This document shows, in pieces, positions 60,754-64,000 of a stretch of 64,000 bases of DNA. Within the stretch, counting starts at the first letter, position 1. The number at the start of each line of letters is the position of its first letter. Source of the stretch: an uncultured Phycisphaerales bacterium. Its GTDB lineage: Bacteria; Planctomycetota; Phycisphaerae; Tepidisphaerales; Tepidisphaeraceae. A program made the translations under genes and the position numbers. The notes beneath the pieces were generated by a model, which worked only from the letters and a program-made list of their open reading frames with translations, had not been told where the DNA came from and ran no database searches. The stretch spans positions 4,384,001-4,448,000 of the forward strand of contig CAVWVQ010000003.1 of NCBI GenBank assembly GCA_963758525.1. Reading direction: 5' to 3'.

Positions 60754-61560
60754 CACGGGTTCCCAACCCGTGCGAACATGCCCCGAAGTAACACGGGTTT
60801 CCAACCCGTGCGAACAGCGCCCCGAAGTAACACGGGTTTCCAACCCGTGCGAGCAGCGCCCCGAAGTAACACGGGTTTCCAACCCGTGCGAGCAGCGCCC
60901 CGAAGTAACACGGGTTTCCAACCCGTGCGAACATGCCCCGAAGTAACACGGGTTTCCAACCCGTGCGAACATGCCCCGAAGTAACACGGGTTTCCAACCC
61001 GTGCGAACATGCCCCGAAGTAACACGGGTTTCCAACCCGTGCGAACATGCCCCGAAGCAACACGGGTTTCCAACCCGTGCGAACATGCCCCGAAGTAACA
61101 CGGGTTTCCAACCCGTGCGAACATGCCCCGAAGTAACACGGGTTTCTAACCCGTGCGAACATGCCCCGAAGTAACACGGGTTTCCAACCCGTGCGAACAG
61201 CGCCCCGAAGTAACACGGGTTTCCAACCCGTGCGAGCAGTGCCCCGAAGTAACACGGGTTTCCAACCCGTGCGAGCAGCGCCCCGAAGTAACACGGGTTT
61301 CCAACCCGTGCGAGCAGCGCCCCGAAGTAACACGGGTTTCCAACCCGTGCGAGCAGCGCCCCGAAGTAACACGGATTTCCAACCCGTGCGGGCGGCGCCC
61401 CGAAGTAACACGGGTTTCCAACCCGTGCGAACAGCGCCCCGAAGTAACACGGGTTTCCAACCCGTGCGAGCAGTGCCCCGAAGTAACACGGGTTTCCAAC
61501 CCGTGCGAGCAGCGCCCCGAAGTAACACGGGTTTCCAACCCGTGCGGGCGGCGCCAGAAG
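60750..61560 (+). repeat. Tandem array of 21 hairpin REP units (38 or 39 bp)
   Basis: Unit GTAA-CACGGGTT-TCC-AACCCGTG-CG[AACAT|AACAGC|AGCAGC|AGCAGT|GGCGGC]GCCCCGAA; starts at 60750, 60788, 60827 ... 61483, 61522. Confidence 0.97.
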
Positions 61561-61792
61561 TACAAGCCGTTCGGATGGTCATTAAAGCGCCCGCTGTTGA
61601 CGCGGTCCGCCGGGCTTGCCGCTTCAGCGGCGAGATCTGCGGGAGGTTCAATTGTATTCAGGATCGCGCACCGACTCGATCAAGTTTCCCGCTGAAACGA
61701 CTGTAAAGAGACCGCGAGTCATGCGATTAGTCTAGCTGGGAAGTACGCGGAGCTCTTCAATTCAAACGGTTCAGAGCGTAAACACGCATCCG

Positions 61793-62524
61793 TCAAGCTT
61801 CGCGCGTCACTTCAATCGCATCCCGCAATTTCAAAGTCCCTTCATACAGGCTCCGCCCCACAATCACCCCCCAAAACGGAAGATCCTTCATCATCCGGAT
61901 ATGTTCGATCGTTCCGACACCGCCGCTGGCAATGACGGGGACTTTCCCCGCCTTGGCAAGCTCCAGCGTCGACTCGACGGCCGGCCCCTGCAGCATGCCG
62001 TCTTTGCTGACATCGGTGTAGAGCAGCGCCGCGAGCGGCCAATCGCTGACCACTGCCGCAAGCTCGGTCGCGCACAGCGCCGAGGTTGTCGTCCACCCGC
62101 GCGTCGCGACCATCCCGTCCTTCGCATCGAGCGCCAATACCAGTTTGCCGGCAAACTCTGGCTCTTCCGCCAGCGATGTAAACCACTTCCAGTCTTCGAT
62201 CGCCTTGGTTCCAACGACCACCCGGCTCGCGCCGGCCGCCAACAGCCGGCGGATATCTTCTGTCGAGCGAACGCCGCCGCCGGCTTCCACTTTCAGACTC
62301 GAAGACGCGATGATCTTCGCGATCAGCTCCGTCTGGACGGGACGGCCCTCTTTCGCTCCGTCCAAGTCGACGATGTGCATCCAATGCGCTCCCGCCTCGG
62401 CGAAAGTAGCTGCGGTTTCGACCGGGTCGGCGGCGTAATTGATCTGGCGGCTGTAGTCTCCTTGCTTGAGGCGGACAACGTGTCCGCCGCGCAAATCGAT
62501 GCTTGGCACAATTTGGATCGCCAT
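61793..62524 (-). CDS. hisA: ProFAR isomerase HisA
   Basis: PSIDLRGGHVVRLKQGDY, HIVDLDGA, GGGVRS, YTDVSKDGML, ASGGV, GRSLY. Confidence 0.96.
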   Translation of the reverse strand: MAIQIVPSIDLRGGHVVRLKQGDYSRQINYAADPVETAATFAEAGAHWMHIVDLDGAKEGRPVQTELIAKIIASSSLKVEAGGGVRSTEDIRRLLAAGASRVVVGTKAIEDWKWFTSLAEEPEFAGKLVLALDAKDGMVATRGWTTTSALCATELAAVVSDWPLAALLYTDVSKDGMLQGPAVESTLELAKAGKVPVIASGGVGTIEHIRMMKDLPFWGVIVGRSLYEGTLKLRDAIEVTREA

Positions 62525-62533
62525 GTCCCCTAT

Positions 62534-62643
62534 GTACCACGGGTTTCCAACCCGTGCGAACGGCATAGAATAAGCAAACGCTGCGGTTCCAAGGGTTGCT
62601 CTTTAATTTGACGCCGGGCGCACGGGTTGGAAACCCGTGGTAC
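62534..62643. repeat. Inverted pair of the array REP in the hisA/uvrC divergent intergenic region
   Basis: GTACCACGGGTTTCCAACCCGTGCG ... CGCACGGGTTGGAAACCCGTGGTAC. Confidence 0.92.
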
Positions 62644-62646
62644 AGG

Positions 62647-64000
62647 ATGATGGACCAGCGACTTCAAAGACTTTCCGACAAAGCTAAAACGCTTCCCCGA
62701 TCGCCCGGCGTCTATCTCATGAAGGATGAGAAAGGCGACGTCATCTACATCGGGAAGTCGTCGTCGCTGCGCGAAAGAGTTTGCAGCTATTTTCAACTCG
62801 CCACCAAACTGGAAGCCAAGAAGGCGCCGTTGCGCGAGCTGGTTGTCGATTTTGAAGTCATCGAGACCGACAGCGAGGTCGAGGCGCTGCTCGTCGAGAA
62901 TCGGCTCATCAAGGACATTCAGCCGAGGTTCAACGCCCGGCTGCTCGATGACAAAACGTATCCCTATCTGATGGTGACCACCGACGACGAGTTCCCCGGC
63001 GTCTACGTGACCCGCGAGCCGCGAACCGCCGGCGTCAAGCTCTACGGGCCGTTCACCAGCGTCTATGCCCTCAAGGAAGCGGTCACGCATCTGCAGAAGG
63101 CATTCAAGTTTCGCACCTGCCATCTGGAGATTCGTGAAAACGACGACAGCCGGCGGTTCTTTCGCCCGTGCCTGCTCTATCCGATTCATCAATGCACCGC
63201 GCCCTGCGCCGCGAAGATTTCGCGCGACACCTACAACGAAGACATTTCCCGGCTCATCAAATTTCTCGAAGGAGGAAAGAAGACCGTCCTTGCAAATCTG
63301 GAGAAAGAAATGCAGGACGCCGCGAAGCAGTTGCAGTTCGAACGCGCCGGCCGACTGCGCGATGAGATCAAGGCGCTGCAGGCGCTGGGCGCCCGGCGCG
63401 AAGAGGAGATCAGGAATACTGGCAGCCCGAATCCTTTGTCGTCAATCCCAGAGAAGCAGTGACCGAATTGCAGACCGCTCTTGGATTGAGCGAGCCGCCG
63501 CGGATCATCGAGGGAATCGATATCGCTCACCTGCAGGGCGGAGAAATGGTCGGAAGCAAGGTCTGCTTCATCGACGGCGTGCCGTTCAAGGACGGCTATC
63601 GACGCTTCAAGATCAAGCACGGGCAGGGAAACAACGACTACCTCTCGATTCAGGAGGTCGTCTCACGCCGCTATCGCGAGGCGGGCGCGAGCCAGGAACT
63701 GTATCCCGACGTGATCCTGATCGACGGAGGCCTGGGGCAGCTTCACGCGGCAATGGAGGTATTTGCTCAAATGGACGTCAAGCCGCCCATGGTGATTTCG
63801 CTCGCCAAGAAGGAAGAGCTCGTTTACACGCAGGCCAAAAGCGAGCCTATTCGGCTGAAAAGGAATCACGTCGGTCTGAAGCTTTTGCAATACGTCCGCG
63901 ACGAGGCGCATCGATTTGCGCAGCATTATCATCATATCCTGCGTCGCAAAGCGCAGCTTGAAGAAGAGGTCAAGCGCGGCCGGCGCCCGCCGCGCGCAAA
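62647..64000 (+). CDS. uvrC: Excinuclease ABC subunit C; frameshift near 63396; runs off the window end
   Basis: PGVYLM..VIYIGK, EALLVE, DDKTYPY, YGPF, CxxPC cluster, FERAGRLRDEI; shifted frame IEGIDIAH, YRRFKI, LIDGGLGQ, VRDEAHRFA. Confidence 0.94.

Noticed and set aside
60750..61560. CRISPR array or TIGR-like guide array
   Set aside because: Units are contiguous with only five recurring 5-6 nt tail variants and no unique spacers. No cas or Nop-domain gene lies in the window.
60520..61706. Repeat-protein ORFs across the array (e.g. ARTGWKPVLLRG repeats, 315 aa)
   Set aside because: They are by-products of 39-bp periodicity. They are open in several frames on both strands, shift at the 38-bp units and overlap putA.
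7419..64000. Genuine pseudogenes or programmed frameshifting in cysE, typA, uvrC, parE and others
   Set aside because: Single small deletions with intact flanking sequence and no shared slippery heptamer; sequencing error is more parsimonious.

Overview
GC-rich chromosomal window, most likely from a planctomycete (Phycisphaerae/Tepidisphaerales-like). This is inferred from a LEPR-XLL-type N-terminal motif, a prepilin/H-X9-DG protein, a PQQ-like beta-propeller protein and rpsP-trmD-rplS without rimM. It is mostly core housekeeping genes: glmM-like mutase, cysE, HU/IHF, bioF, rlmN, mfd, tRNA-Leu(CAG), CCA/poly(A) nucleotidyltransferase, typA, tatD, rplS/trmD/rpsP, cyclophilin, pepA, putA, hisA and uvrC. 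Signalling genes, a GH50-like agarase and a parDE pair are also present. I see no integrase, transposase, cas gene or phage gene. The unusual content is non-coding and repeat-derived. (1) A 21-unit tandem array of a 38/39-bp hairpin REP starts inside the putA stop codon and has higher-order structure; a solitary inverted pair of the same REP fills the hisA/uvrC divergent gap. (2) At least five GTRR+stem+short-loop REP families and several other palindromic or heptamer families occupy intergenic gaps. (3) Two of these repeat families sit in frame inside mfd and putA; the putA copy has a 9-bp direct repeat at its ends and a second hairpin nested inside it. Ten frameshifts in nine genes cluster at GCGC contexts and are probably long-read errors, possibly at a methylated motif. 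Several genes look leaderless. All calls are by eye from the sequence and ORF track; no database searches were run.
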